DNA of 62,921 nucleotides, filler included, from Reticulomyxa filosa (Eukaryota > Protista > Foraminifera), in the NCBI GenBank assembly GCA_000512085.1. It is 11 parts of 11 records of this genome, joined end to end, with 100 filler letters (N's around TTAATTAATTAA, not from the genome) between each part and the next. Parts side by side here need not be neighbours in the genome. Positions count along the whole stretch, not along the records: positions 25,695 to 27,152 come from ASPP01002965.1; positions 27,253 to 48,708 come from ASPP01006551.1; 9 more parts are not named here. One strand, written 5' to 3'. Below are positions 26,484 through 39,653 of this stretch, piece by piece (within the stretch, counting starts at the first letter, position 1; each line of letters opens with the position of its first letter). A program made the translations under genes and the position numbers. Under the pieces are notes generated by a model, which made no database searches, was not told where the DNA came from, and saw only the letters and a list, made by a program, of their open reading frames with translations.

Positions 26484-27152
26484 CAAAAAAAAAAAGCAAG
26501 CACAAAAACAAATCTTGTTCTAGTTTAAAAGGACATATGCTTTAAAAAAAATAACGAAAAATAGTTTATTCAAAATGAAATATTTCTCAATATATTCTTA
26601 CACATCGTAGAATCTTATACCTATTAGTGGTGTGTTGTGCAGAACAGTTTGCATCATATTATCATTATATATATGCAATTGCAATATCTTTTAATATTGA
26701 AAATTTCCATTTTTAAATTTTTAACAAACTTTAATTGAATGATTCTGTCTTTTTCGCTGAGAATTATGGTTGTTAATTAAGTTACGTTGGATTAAAATCT
26801 TTGGTTTCATCGTATGCTATTACTTTATTTGGCTAATAATAGTTTTGATGTCTAATTTTTGTGTTTGTGTAGTATCTTTTTAGCAGTTACTATTCAAGGT
26901 ATCTTTATTATTTAATCACTGTTTCGGACTTAATTGTTGTCAGCAAACATTTTTTCACATTACAATGAAACCAGTACTAGTTTAACTTTTTGAAGAAAAG
27001 TTCTTTTTGTTTGCAAAAAATGTACATAAAAAATATTATTTCACAGCTGAACGAAAATCGAAGTCAGGATGACTTTTGCCACTTTTATCATTTGCTTGCC
27101 AAAGTATGATGCAGATCAATTTTGCGTACAAAAATACCAAAAAAAAAAAAAA

Positions 27153-27252
27153 NNNNNNNNNNNNNNNNNNNNNNNNNNNNNNNNNNNNNNNNNNNNTTAA
27201 TTAATTAANNNNNNNNNNNNNNNNNNNNNNNNNNNNNNNNNNNNNNNNNNNN
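27153..27252. other. Assembly gap linker
   Basis: N44-TTAATTAATTAA-N44. Confidence 0.98.
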
Positions 27253-27284
<32 letters not shown>

Positions 27285-30268
27285 CAATAATAACAACAAT
27301 AATAACAAGAACAATAACAATCCTCACCATTTGGTCAATTTGCCAAGCAATTTGAGTAGTATTGCTTCGTCGGGCAAAGGAAGCAACAGCATAAAAGACC
27401 GCGACACACATGAGAAAAACAAGGACACGGAAAGCAGGTCGGCCCAACTAGGAAATGTCTCGTCTCGAGAAGATAACGCAAACAAAGAGCAGGAACAAAA
27501 ACAAGAACGACAACGAACAAGCATCGGCGAAATGGCGAATGGCAAAAGCAATCAAAGTAGCAATCATAGCAGTGCCAACGCCCGCAGTTTGGACGAAAGA
27601 ACGTCAAGTGTGCGAAATCGAGAAGAGGAGCGAGACGAGTTGTCACCACTGCCCAAAGACAGTTTCGCCAATTTGGGATTGACGTATCCTCAAAAGCCGA
27701 ACAAACACCATGAGAATGACCATGAAAAAGTTTTGCCAAAAAAAAAAAAAAAAAAAAAAAAATTATTTGTTTTGTTTTTATTAATTTTTTTGTTTTTTGT
27801 TTTTTATGTTTTAGACAGTGAAAGAAAAGCCAATAATACGACCACTGCCACTGAGCATTAGCAATGAGAATGAAAAAGCAGGAGGAGATAATGGGAAAAA
27901 GACTTCGCCCATATCGGATGGTTCGTCTTGCAGTAGCTGTGAAAGAGAACAGTTGGACCCACGAAGACCAAAGAAAGAAAAAAAAGCAGACAAGAATTTG
28001 AAAACGGGCCCTCGCAAGTGTCACGCGCATCAAAAACGGCGGAAAACGGTTGGTGAGGGGATCTATTCATCGAATCGTCATCACAGCAGCAGTCACAGCA
28101 ATTCTATCGATCACGGCGATGGACGAGAGGCCCATGGCGGGACGACGGATAACAACCGTTCAACGACGACAAGTCTATTGTATGAGACCATGGACGAAAA
28201 TATGTATCGCTATGTGTTTCATCGCATTCATCATAACAAAGCGACGTGGAAAGATGTATTCGATGATCCTGACTTGTATTATACGTTGTTGGCAGAATAT
28301 CCGGCCAATGGAAAGTTCATCGACTTCATTTATGATAGCGGCGATAAAGGGCAAATTCACCCATTTTCCTTGTACTTCCAACAATTGGAAAATCCAGTGT
28401 TTGAGTTTGGCCAAACAGATGACTTGGACAAACCTTTCCAAGTAAATCTCGAAAGAGAACAGGAGGAACAAAAAAAGGCCATCGATACAACCGATTCCAA
28501 AAAAAATACACAAACGATGGACGCCAGAGCATTGGCGAAGAAAAACTATTATGGAAATGCTAACGCTGGTAATGCAGATAGCAATGAGGAGGAAGAAGGA
28601 AAGGTTTCTTTTGTCACAGACGTTCAGGCCAATCAAATCCAAAACGATATGTACAGAAGTCCTTCCATTTCGACATTGGGACCTTCCGCTTCCATTTGTG
28701 TTAGTGTTGACGACGAAAACAATGATCACGGAGATGCTGATGAGGCATTGCACCGCTCCAACATCGTTCGTTCTGACACTGTCGATACTCCGTTGCTAAA
28801 CAAACTGTATCTGGACTTGTGTCATATTCGACGCAAGTACGCGGTTTTGATGGCCGTCCATTTGGACTTACTCAAAGAAGTCAAAGAAAAGAAAGAAGAA
28901 GCTTCCAAAAATCATCGTACTATTGCCGACTTAGAAAAACAGTTGGATCGTGCGAATATGCGGTTGAGAGACGCCGGAAAGACTGAAAAAGTTTCTTTTT
29001 TTTTTTTTTTTGCACCAACTTTTTTTTTTTAACATACTGTGCAAAAAAAAAAAAATTAATAATAATAATAATAATAAAGGTTCTTCGTGACAACTTGCAA
29101 ACCCATCAAAAGGGCTTGCAGCAAATGAAACAACGGAATGAACAGTTGGAAGAGACATTGCAACAATACAACCAGCAAATCATATCTCCGCAAGTTAGTG
29201 AAGCCAGTGGTGTACGCTCGCGAACGCCAAGCAATACATATTTTAAACGTGGAAAGATAGCGCAATCCAACTTACATCGCACATCAGTATTAAGTACTGT
29301 TGCTGTTGTCGGCACTGGAACTAGTCGAGAATCTCTAGTTTCGTTCGTTTGTTTGTTTGTTCGTTCGTCTGTTTTACGAATATCTTTGAGAGCCTACATA
29401 AATAAAAAGGGGAAGGAAAATAAAACAATAACAAAAAAAAAAATCCCTTTTTTATACGTTTGTTCTCCAAGATTCTGTGGCCCATGTCTTGTACCTACCT
29501 ATTGTAATATATACATTTACACAAATGTATGTGTACACGTGCATAAATGTGTAAAAGAATGAAAGAAATAATTCGAGCAGCGACGTGACGGGCAATGAAC
29601 TAAGTCAAATAATATCTCCATTGGCTCAATCGTCGCCGTCTCTCACATCCAATAACGCGAAATATCAGTTGCATGAAGAAATGGAAGTTGAAGTAGAACC
29701 GAATGATGTACTTCATCAGCCTCGTTCTCGTGATAAACGAGCTACATCTCTGCTTATTCGCAACCTCAGAAATGGTTCCCAGAAGGAACTACTGGAATCG
29801 ACAGCTAATGCTTCCGTCACTGGTGATGCCAGCGGGTCATCGAGAAGACAGAGTACTTCTCCAAATGATTCCTTCGCCTCTCCACAATATAACTGGCAAT
29901 CGGGGGATTCTCACCGACGTCTGTCCTTGCGGGCCACCTCTCAGGCCTCTGCGTCTATGGAGGATCTTTTCCATCGAACTGATCGACCGAAGCACTTTTC
30001 CAAAAATAGTGAAACGAGCCCTGTCATCAGTCCATTGGCGGATTCTATTACAAATGTACATTTCAACAACAACAATCATAATAACCGCAGCTCCAACCTT
30101 CGTGGTGTTGCTGGGGTTCCCAAAGGAAATGCCACTACCAATCGTAGCACTAATTCTACTGGCAAACAATTACTGAGATCACAAACAGCTGGCACACAGC
30201 AATACTTTTTTCAAAATAGCAAAGCCAAACGATCTCGGTCAGCACGTCCTTCCTCTGGGAATCAATAG
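27253..30268 (+). CDS. Large Ser/Asn-rich protein with a coiled coil, multi-exon (3' part)
   Basis: Long ORFs joined in frame by introns 27730-27814 and 28991-29079. Coiled-coil segment LLKEVKEKKEE...LEKQLDRAN...LEETLQQYNQQ. Confidence 0.7.
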
Positions 30269-31129
30269 TAAATTAGGGGAAAAAAAACAAAGACAAAAAA
30301 AATCAAAACTGTTGTATCAACCTTTGATCAATTCTCTTTTTTTTTTTGTTTTGTTTTTTTTTTATGCTTGGAAAGGTAGAAAGTAATTTTTTTTTTTTTG
30401 TTTATTTGTTTGTTTACTTTTGTTCGTTCATTTTCTTGCTTTGTCTTTTTATTTTCTATTCTTTATTTATTTTTTTCTTGTTTTTGTTTTTTAGTCATGG
30501 CAGTGGAACTTTTTTTTTTAATGTTTTGAAAAATAGCTTGTGATGTAATGTTCTTGTATGTTTGTTCTGTTTTTTCCTTTCCATGACCCCGTGAAATCGT
30601 TGCCACTCCTTTTGTATGGTAAAGAAATGTGCAGACACTTTTATGGATATCTTGGTGTTCATTTTTTTTTTGTGGTTTTGTTTGTTTTATCAAACATTGA
30701 AAAAGAAAAAAAAGAAAAATCCTTTCCTAAAGTTTTTGTTTCTTGTGGTTTGATTTCAGTTTGACAGGCGTTGCCTTCAACAAAAAGTAAAACTTGAATT
30801 TTTTTTAATGTGAAAAAATAACTCATTTGAAAATTTCAAAATGCCACACTGTTTCTCTAAGTTTATGCTCTAATATGAACATTCAGGCTGGATTGGACAA
30901 GAACGTCCATACTCCATTAAAGATTCAATTTAAATTGCACATCTTTTAATAACAAGATTAAAGACAAATATTTGAAGAAATATTTTTCATTTTAAAGCTC
31001 ACAACGTGTTTTTTTGATTGATCGCAAGATTATAGTCATCTTATCTGCACGTCGGCAGTACCTTTAAAAAAAATGTGGAAAAAAGAAGCAAAAAAAAATT
31101 AAAAAAATGCACAGTGAAATATCTATTGA

Positions 31130-33087
31130 ATTACAATCAAATCGGAGGTGCTCACAAACACACAAATGCTTATTTTCGGAAGTGGAGAAAGTAGAGTTAT
31201 CTTCAGAAAAACAGCTTATCCAAAACTTTGACAAGCATCAAAACTCACAAGGGAAAAAAGAAAATACTATTTTTCATCTGTGTGCAAAAGAATCATTCAA
31301 TAGAATTTGAGTAATTTTTTTGCAAGATTCAATTTGAAGTAACGAATTAATGACCCATCTATTCAAACAAAAAGTTAAGATGTTTTTGAAAATGAATAAT
31401 GTCTATATCCACACATATTCAAAAAAAAACAAACCTAAGAGAGTCCAATTGCAAAGCAGTGGATTGAACAAATAATTGTTTTGACAGTTTCAAATTTTCA
31501 ATTTCCTTTTGCAAAGTATCAATCCGAACTTGACTACTTTGAATGGTCCCTTCCAACTGGTTTAATAATTGATTCCTTTCCTTGTGCTTTTCCTCTAATT
31601 TTTCAGATAATTTTTTTTTCCCATTCTTGGTTATTCTTGATGATTTCATCTTCGATCATCGACTCAAGACTTCGTTCCATGTCCGTTATTTTTTGTGTCA
31701 TTTCATTTTCCGTATCTAAGCTGACACGTCTCCAGGTCTCTTTTTCTTTCCTCAATTTCGTTGAGTACTCAGATTGGATGTGTTTTCGGACCTGATCGCT
31801 CAAAGATGCTACTTCATTTGCGTGGCTCGTCTTCAACGCTTCGATTTCCTTCAAGTGGTTTGCCTTCACTGTTTTCAGTTCTTCTTCATATTTGTTCTTC
31901 AATGTTTCCGTATCTTCTATTCTCAACACGCCAATATATACATATATATATATTGTACATCAAAAATATGTCATATTTTGCCACTATTTTTGTGTATTCT
32001 CTTCTAAGTAAATAAATAAAGACATATATGCATATATATACAGAATATGTATTATGCAAATGATACCGTCAGAATGAGCCTCATCAGAAGACTCTTCTTC
32101 CAATGTTTTTTCATTTTCGTCCTCTTTTGTCGAACTAATAATACGGTCCCATGATTCCAGTTCTATCCATCACAAACCGTTTATACTATGTGATACACAT
32201 GCATATGTACGTATGCATATATGTATGTTCACGTAATGTAATATATGTGCATATGCAAGACCTGCAGTAATATGCTGCGACAATCTTCGAAATTGCTTGC
32301 CGATTTCTTCACCTTTCTGTTCATGTTTTTGTTCATTTTTTTTTTGAAGAGAGAGGGAGAGAGAGAAGACAAAAAACAAAGATTTTTTAATGACTTAAAA
32401 AAGAACTCAAACCAAAGATTTCAATAATTGTTCATATTGATTGAATTCTTGTTTCAATTGCTCCAAGTCTTGTCTTGACGGCAAACGTGTCACTATTTGG
32501 CTTTTGCTTCGTCTCAGCTCTTCGATCACTTCTTCATTTTTGCTTGACATTAGTTTGATTATTTGGTCTTTCTTTTGAAGTGAGGTGTTTGTGTTTTTCA
32601 GCTTTTCTACTAAGTCATTCTTTTCGTTTTGATATTGTCTCAGCGTTTGTTCTAATTGCGCTATTTTACTTTCCAATTCTCCTTTTTTTTTTTTTTTAAG
32701 AAGGGGGGGGGAAGGTGTAGCATTAAAAAAAAAAAACTTGCTTTGGAAATTATTTTGTTTATAACATAAAAATTAAGGCCCATATAATTTCAAACTGTAT
32801 TTTTGACTTTTTTGTTGCTCTCATAATTTTGATTTGAAATTTCCTGGCTTTTTTGATTTTCTTTCAATTTTGTCAAATGGTCCCGCAAACGATTGTTATC
32901 ATATTCGAACTGCTCAATTTTCGATTTATATGTGCCACCAATGGTGTGCAAATCACCTTCCAGGATCTCCTTTTCTTTTAGTAATCTGTCCTTCTGCTCT
33001 TTCAATGTTTTGCACTCATTTCGCAATTGTGCTAATTCCTCTGTTGTTCCAACCCAGCACTGACTTTGTTAAATTACTATTTTCCAT
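31130..33087 (-). CDS. Long coiled-coil protein, multi-exon
   Basis: Successive E/K/Q/L heptad-rich ORFs at 32790-33026, 32407-32676, 31603-31929 and 31419-31649, the last two joined by a homopolymer frameshift. Confidence 0.65.
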
Positions 33088-35156
33088 TTATCTTAACATG
33101 TTCATACAAAAGAAAAACATAAATTAAGACCATTCTGCTTCGAAATCACTTGATCTTGAGAAATTGCAGAGCTACTCATTTTTCAGCTTTTATTTTGCAT
33201 CCCTCCAAAAACAAAAACACAACAACTAGTTTCATTCAGATACAGTTTTTTAGTTTTCTTTGTAATGCACTACTGGCACTGCCTATGGTGAGACTAAAGA
33301 AATACAATATTTTCTCAACAGTCAATGTTACCCACATTATAAGATTATAAGTTGATAAGATTTTTAGCATTATATAATATCAACACAAAACAAGTTGTCG
33401 ACAATGAAAAATAAACAGTTATTTGAATTTAATCTATAATTATAAATTACGAGTTTGAGTTTGCAAAACATTGATCTTAAATTGATATATTTATATCAAT
33501 ATCAAATATTCGTAAAAATACTAGCAAATTAGTATAGCAATAATACTACAATAAATTGCGATGCAGAGAGATCACAGAAAAAAAGAATTATCTGCAAAAG
33601 CAAAATTAGACAAATTCCAGTCATTTTTTTTGTTACTCCGTTTAATTTATGAGATACGCATATTTAAATTTCAAGAATCAATACGTAATCTAACACTGTT
33701 GTACTGTAAGTAATACTAATCGGAACAATACGCTATAACTTGCTATGTGTTTATAATCAAAAATATTATAATCAACACCCAGTTCAATAACACTACATTC
33801 ACTTGCGTCTCGAAACTGATAGTTTTAGCATATCGGAAACACGAACAGTTTGGATATACAAATCATATAATAATCAAATTTCACTTCTTACACGTACCCA
33901 AATTTTTCAACTGTTTGTTTTTTTTAAAGTAACAAATTAGCAAAAGCAAATTTATGCTTTAGTTAACTTGACGAAATGTTTAATTTAAATGACATAATCA
34001 ACGATTAATATTCTATATACGTTTTGACAAATAATTTTGTGACATTATGATATTTTGATCATAACAGTGTAGTGATATATGAGTCATAACTGACTCCAGA
34101 GTTGTAATAACTCAACTCATAAAATAAGACACTATTTGTTTTCTTTTTTTTTTTTAAATTGTCTTGAACGTTTTTCGTTAGCTGAGCTCTTTCTTGCGTC
34201 TCTCTACAACAGCACGATATTGGACCAATTTTCAATGAAAACGAAACAACAGAACGAAAAAAAAAGAAAAAACATTTAAGACAAAAAATACAATAAATGT
34301 CTTCTCTTGCAGCATGTATTTCTTTTTTTAATATATTTCTAATGGAAGAGTACTGAATTCGGATTTGCAATATATTTCAGTATCGAATGTAGACTAATGT
34401 TGAATTTTACTATTAATGGAAGTGTATATCTTCTTGAAAGAAGTTAGTATCATATTTTCGAATCTGGAGTATTATAGTTAGTTCATTTCACTTAATTTTG
34501 TCAAGTTAGTGACTATAAAAATTAAACATGACATATCTTTGCAATTTGCTTGAGATAGAAGCTTCCAGAACAGTTAAGTAATAAAAAAATATATATATCT
34601 CTTTTGGATTATTTGACTTAAAAAGACTTGTTTTACTGTCAATATTATAACAAAATTCATCTAGCAAGGAGTATTTAACTCTTTCATCGTCTTTTTTAAA
34701 AAGAAATAATTAGTATTTTCTTTAAAAACAAAGTGACTTTTTTTCGATAGACTCAGTGTGTATACGTCAAATCAGGTTCTTTTCCAAAAAAAGTTCAAAA
34801 TAAATCAAAAAAGAACAACAAAAAACGAAGAAATGACCAAAAATAAAAAAATGACTAACAATAGCTTGCTGAAACTACAAACGATTAATTGATTTTTGTG
34901 TACTGAAAAGCAAGACAATTATGACTAACGACAAAGACAACATTATATAAAAGAAAATCTATGAGTTGAGAAATTTATTGTAGAAGCATTAATTTTTAGA
35001 TTTTAGCAATTATGAAAACGAACTATCCCGCTTGAAAGATTATAACATACTTGATTCAGAAGAAAAAAACTTGTTTTACATTCGGATATTCGAACATATG
35101 ACATGTCTATATGAGACTTGTAAGCTGTATCAAGTCACTTTGTGGTCATAGTGACG

Positions 35157-35817
35157 TAGTTATATACTTATTGGTTTAGAATATAACAGTATAATGCAAA
35201 GTAAAGTTGACACATAAAACGGTACCTTATATATATGATTGATTTTCTTCATGAAAAGACAACATTTATATCTAATTTTTTTAAAAAATCTATAAATCGT
35301 GTACTTTTTGAATATCATTTTGGTTTTTTATTGAATCTTTTGTAGGGCAAGTCACTATTATAAGTATCTGAACGTCAAGGGAACGGATGAATCCACAGTA
35401 GGTTAAACTTCATCAACAACTTACTTAATTTCATTTTGTTATTTTATTTTATTATTTAAATTACTTTCGTTTTACGAAACTCCGATTATCTTCTAAGTAA
35501 ATATCTATCGTATTACAGTTATTGCACCAATACTATCAGCAGACGTCCCAAACTTTACTAATATTTCAATATTTTATCCTTTATTTTTCTTTTTTTTTTA
35601 GCTAAGTATAGATATTCAAATTTTTTAAACAATTAGTAAATATATAAAAAACCAAAATGATATTTAAAAAGTCACTATTTGTAGATTTTTTTTAAAAAAT
35701 TAGATATAAATGTTGTCTTTTCATGAAGAAAATCAATCATATATATAGGTACCGTTTTATGTGTCAACTTTACTTTGCATTATACTGTTATATTCTAAAC
35801 CAATAAATATATAACTA
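35157..35817. mobile_element. Foldback/MITE-like element with ~175-bp inverted repeats
   Basis: 35157-35331 is the near-perfect reverse complement of 35645-35817, around a ~310-bp non-coding spacer. Ends read TAGTTATATA...TATATAACTA. Confidence 0.7.
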
Positions 35818-36361
35818 TCAAATTTTAGTCAATTGAACAACATAAGTTCAATATGCATGTAAAATTACAGACTTATAACTTAAGTATATTCAGATAAAAA
35901 ATAATAACTTTTTAAATAAACTGATTTTTCGGGTGGTGTTCACTTTTTTTGACGCTACTGTATAAAGTGTTGTAAATTCATCATAATCACTGTAGTAGCT
36001 GCTAACTATATATTGTTTTGATTTATATTGACCAACATTTCATAAGTGAAATTTTTTAATAAATTTTTAAAGAAAGCTAGTATTTGTTATTTTTTTTAAA
36101 AAATTAAAATCATTTTTTGTTATTTTAATCTTATATCACTGACCTATCATTAGATGTTCATGACCGAATTGAATCGTTTTCTTGTTGTATAAAAGTATGA
36201 TATTTCTGATATAGCGTCACTTAAGATAATTTTATGGTTGTATCCAGAGCATAAGGTAAATAGTATACCGTTTAATTGAAACTAAAAGAAAATGAAGCAA
36301 ATTTAAAATGGTAATTGATTCAATGATGTGCGATGATCAAAACAGACAAAGACAGTAAGTC

Positions 36362-38793
36362 TTAAATAGTTGGAGCATGTTCCACAGCAACGTGTGCAAT
36401 CAAGTCCATTCCGCTTTTGAAAGCTTTACCGCACATGTCACATTTTTGCAAACAGTGTAAATTGTAGTCTTTATTGACACCAGTATTATGCTGATTGCCA
36501 GCGTTTGTGTTATCACCATGGCCACTTTCAGAAGCAGCATGTTTCAAAATCTTGGAAGCCAAGTGTTTTTTGGTAATATGTTTGTTTAAGTTACTCAAAA
36601 TGGTGTATTTTTTATTGCAATGTGGACAAGAGTATGGTTTGTTTGTTTTGGAATTGGACGACACGGACAAAACGTCTTTCAACATCTGTTCGTTATTGCT
36701 ATTGTTTTCTTCAATCATCAAACCCGAAACAAAGGGCTGTAAGTTTTGACAATTGTGATTATTCTCATCAATCTCATTCCTAACAGATGACGGAACGTTA
36801 TTGCTCTCAACATGGTGCGTCCCCCAACTGTCGTTTGAAAGATTGCTCTCTTTTGAGTGTTTTTGAGGCAACAAATGAAAAAAGTGTGTTTGTGCCAATA
36901 ACCCTGGCAAGTCAACTTTGTGAATTTGCAACAAATGACTGAATAGCGACTGATAGTCTGCGAATCGGTCATTGCAAGTGATACACTGCCATGTATTATC
37001 ATTGGAGTTATAAAAGTTTGAAAAAAACCTGAGTTGTTCAATATGGAGGTTGGTTTGATTGTTGCTATTTTTCTGCATTACTATTGGCGTGTGACAGTCC
37101 AAAAATGAAATGCGAGTATCTTTTAAACTCTTTCCAATGTTCGGATTACTATCTTTTTTTTTAATAGGAGAGTTTATTGTGCCACTGTTTTTTTGCAAAC
37201 TGAAAGAACTCAGAGTTTTTCTGCTAGCAATGTCCTCTTGGCTTATAAAACAAGTTTTCAAGCTGGTTGATGGTAGTTGATTTTGTTGGGATTGCAAAAT
37301 GGAGAGACTATGGTTGGTAAGTGTTAAAGGCAAAAACACTTTGTGCACGATTGTCATATGTTCAACGCACGTGAGCTGACACTTAGTTAAAAAATTGCAA
37401 TAAAGACAACGATATGGGATCCAAGACGTGAACGACGCTTTGGCCTTTGTCTGGATTGATCCATTCTCACTGCTTGTACTTTCTCCTTTAAATTTGTTTA
37501 ATGTTGATATATCTTGTTGTAATAATGGCTTCAAAAATGTTACACGAGCTAATATTTCTTGTCGATGAACTTCAATGGAAACTCCTTTTTTTTAGTACAT
37601 ACAAACATTTTTCTTTACCTTGTCTTAATTTAATTTTATTTATTTATTTTGTTTTATGTTTTGATATTACCCAATGACTGCAAAGTTTTGTTGTCCATTT
37701 GTTCTAGCAAACGCCCACTAACTCCAGATCGGGCAAACTCTGTAATATAGCATTTGCCAGTAGGAAAAGAAGTCAACCATAACAAGACATCACTGACCCC
37801 CCAAGCGTGTAATGACGCCGGCTTTCGATTGACAGAGGAAGAAGAGTTGTTACCACATGATGTAACAATGGATCCTAGTGGATGTTGTTTCGCAGTTGTC
37901 AGAATTTTGGAGTGTAAAGAATGTAAGGGTAATTTATTATATTCAATTATAGTTCCAAGTATATTTGATCCAACATTATTCGATAGTTGCTTATATCTAT
38001 GCAACGCTTGTTGATATCTTTCATGATCTTTTTTTAATAACTTATCACTATTTTTATTGTCAATCATACTTTTTGTTATATCATCATAATTATGACTAGA
38101 CTGACCTTGAGAAACTGGTGATGTGTGGGTTGCACCAATATTTTTATTTATATTTATTGTTCTGTCTGAAAATTCACTATTTCCTTGCCCCAATGGAATG
38201 CAGTTTATTGCCATAGAGCAGCTCTACTTTTTTATTTGTTATAACTCTGACTCATCTTATGTTACAATGATCCGCAAATCACTCCAAAACACACCAAAAA
38301 AAAACAGAACTGAGTTTGCCAGTCGCAAAATTTTATGGGGTGGTGGATGAATATAGTCACTGGTTATGTGTTTGTAGCTCCTTGGATCTCCCTCGGCACT
38401 TGTTATCGGGCTGTTTACTGCATATGCTACTATTCGCTTGCAGCAATTTTTAAAAACCTTCTTTCGTTTTTTACCGATGATTTTATTTTCGTTGCTGGTT
38501 TTTTTACACAGCAACAAATTTTGAATTGAGTTTTCTTGCGGTGTTTAGAAAAAATTTAGTTAAACCGTTTGTTTTTTGTCAGCGACTTTTTTAAAGTACC
38601 CTTGTGAAAAATCATCCTCGCTGGTATCACCGTCGTCACTAGCATTTTCTAATTTTGGTGATATCATATATGTATGGATGTTGTTTTGCTTTGCTTTTGT
38701 ACTAGCTATAGTATTAGCGCCACAATACTGATTTTGTTCTGGTGAAGACACAGGTTCGAGTTTTACTTTCTTCAAAGAATCCATATTCAGCAT
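36362..38793 (-). CDS. SAM-domain plus four C2H2 zinc-finger protein (putative transcription factor)
   Basis: WGVSDVLLWL...FARSGVSGRLLEQM...LQSLG|VSIEVHRQEIL (SAM). Fingers CLYC..H..VH, CITC..H..IH, CPHC..H..KH and CDMC..H..EH. The 5'-most exon join is uncertain. Confidence 0.85.
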
Positions 38794-39653
38794 TTTGTCC
38801 GTTGCTTTGTGTTTGGGTTTTGTAGATCCAAAGTTTGAGCTTTTCCCTTAATTTATGTTTTCTCGGCATTTGAGCCAAAACAATACCAAGGAAAAAAAGA
38901 CATTAGAATAACCTAAGTTTGCTTCTACTTACGGTATTGCCGCTTTTGAATTTCTTTTCAAGCTTCTATGGCAAAAACATAATGAGAAGGCCAAATTATG
39001 ATGTCGTCATCAACAGGAGTTTGTAATTATGTTCTGGCTGTGTTCTTTTGTGTCTACGTCAAATTAGGTCATCTTGCAGAAAGAGTTTCTTTTGGTATTT
39101 CGTTTTGTTTTGTTTTTTGAGTGCCTTAAGTGTCCAGTTATAAATAACATTCGGATTTACTATAACAGCATATTATCGTTTCTGTTTTTTTTTAAAGCAG
39201 AGGAGCATAATTTGCCCAAAGAGCCGCTTAGCTTTGTGCTCACAAACAAAAATAAAATTACATTCGAATTAAAAAAAAGTAAAAATTTTGCCAACACAAA
39301 AGAAAGAGACGGTATGCAACAGCCAAAACGGTCAACATTAAAAAATGTCACCAAAACAACTTAAAAAAAAAGATCTATTTACTCAAAGCCAAGTCCTTGA
39401 GAATAGTTATTCGGGAACTGCAAAGGGCTTTACAAAGAAAAAAAAAAAGCACATAAAAACAAACAAAATCAACCACTTTCTCTCCTTGCCAAGGAATCTT
39501 TTGGCAAGGATGCCAATCATATATGATTTCAAAACGATACTATAAAAAGGGAGGAACAAAAAAAAAAAAAAAAGCAAAAACCAAATCAATTACACATAAT
39601 TTTACCATTCGGCATAATCTCCAGAAAACGGAGCGCTTCAAAGCTTAGAGAAA

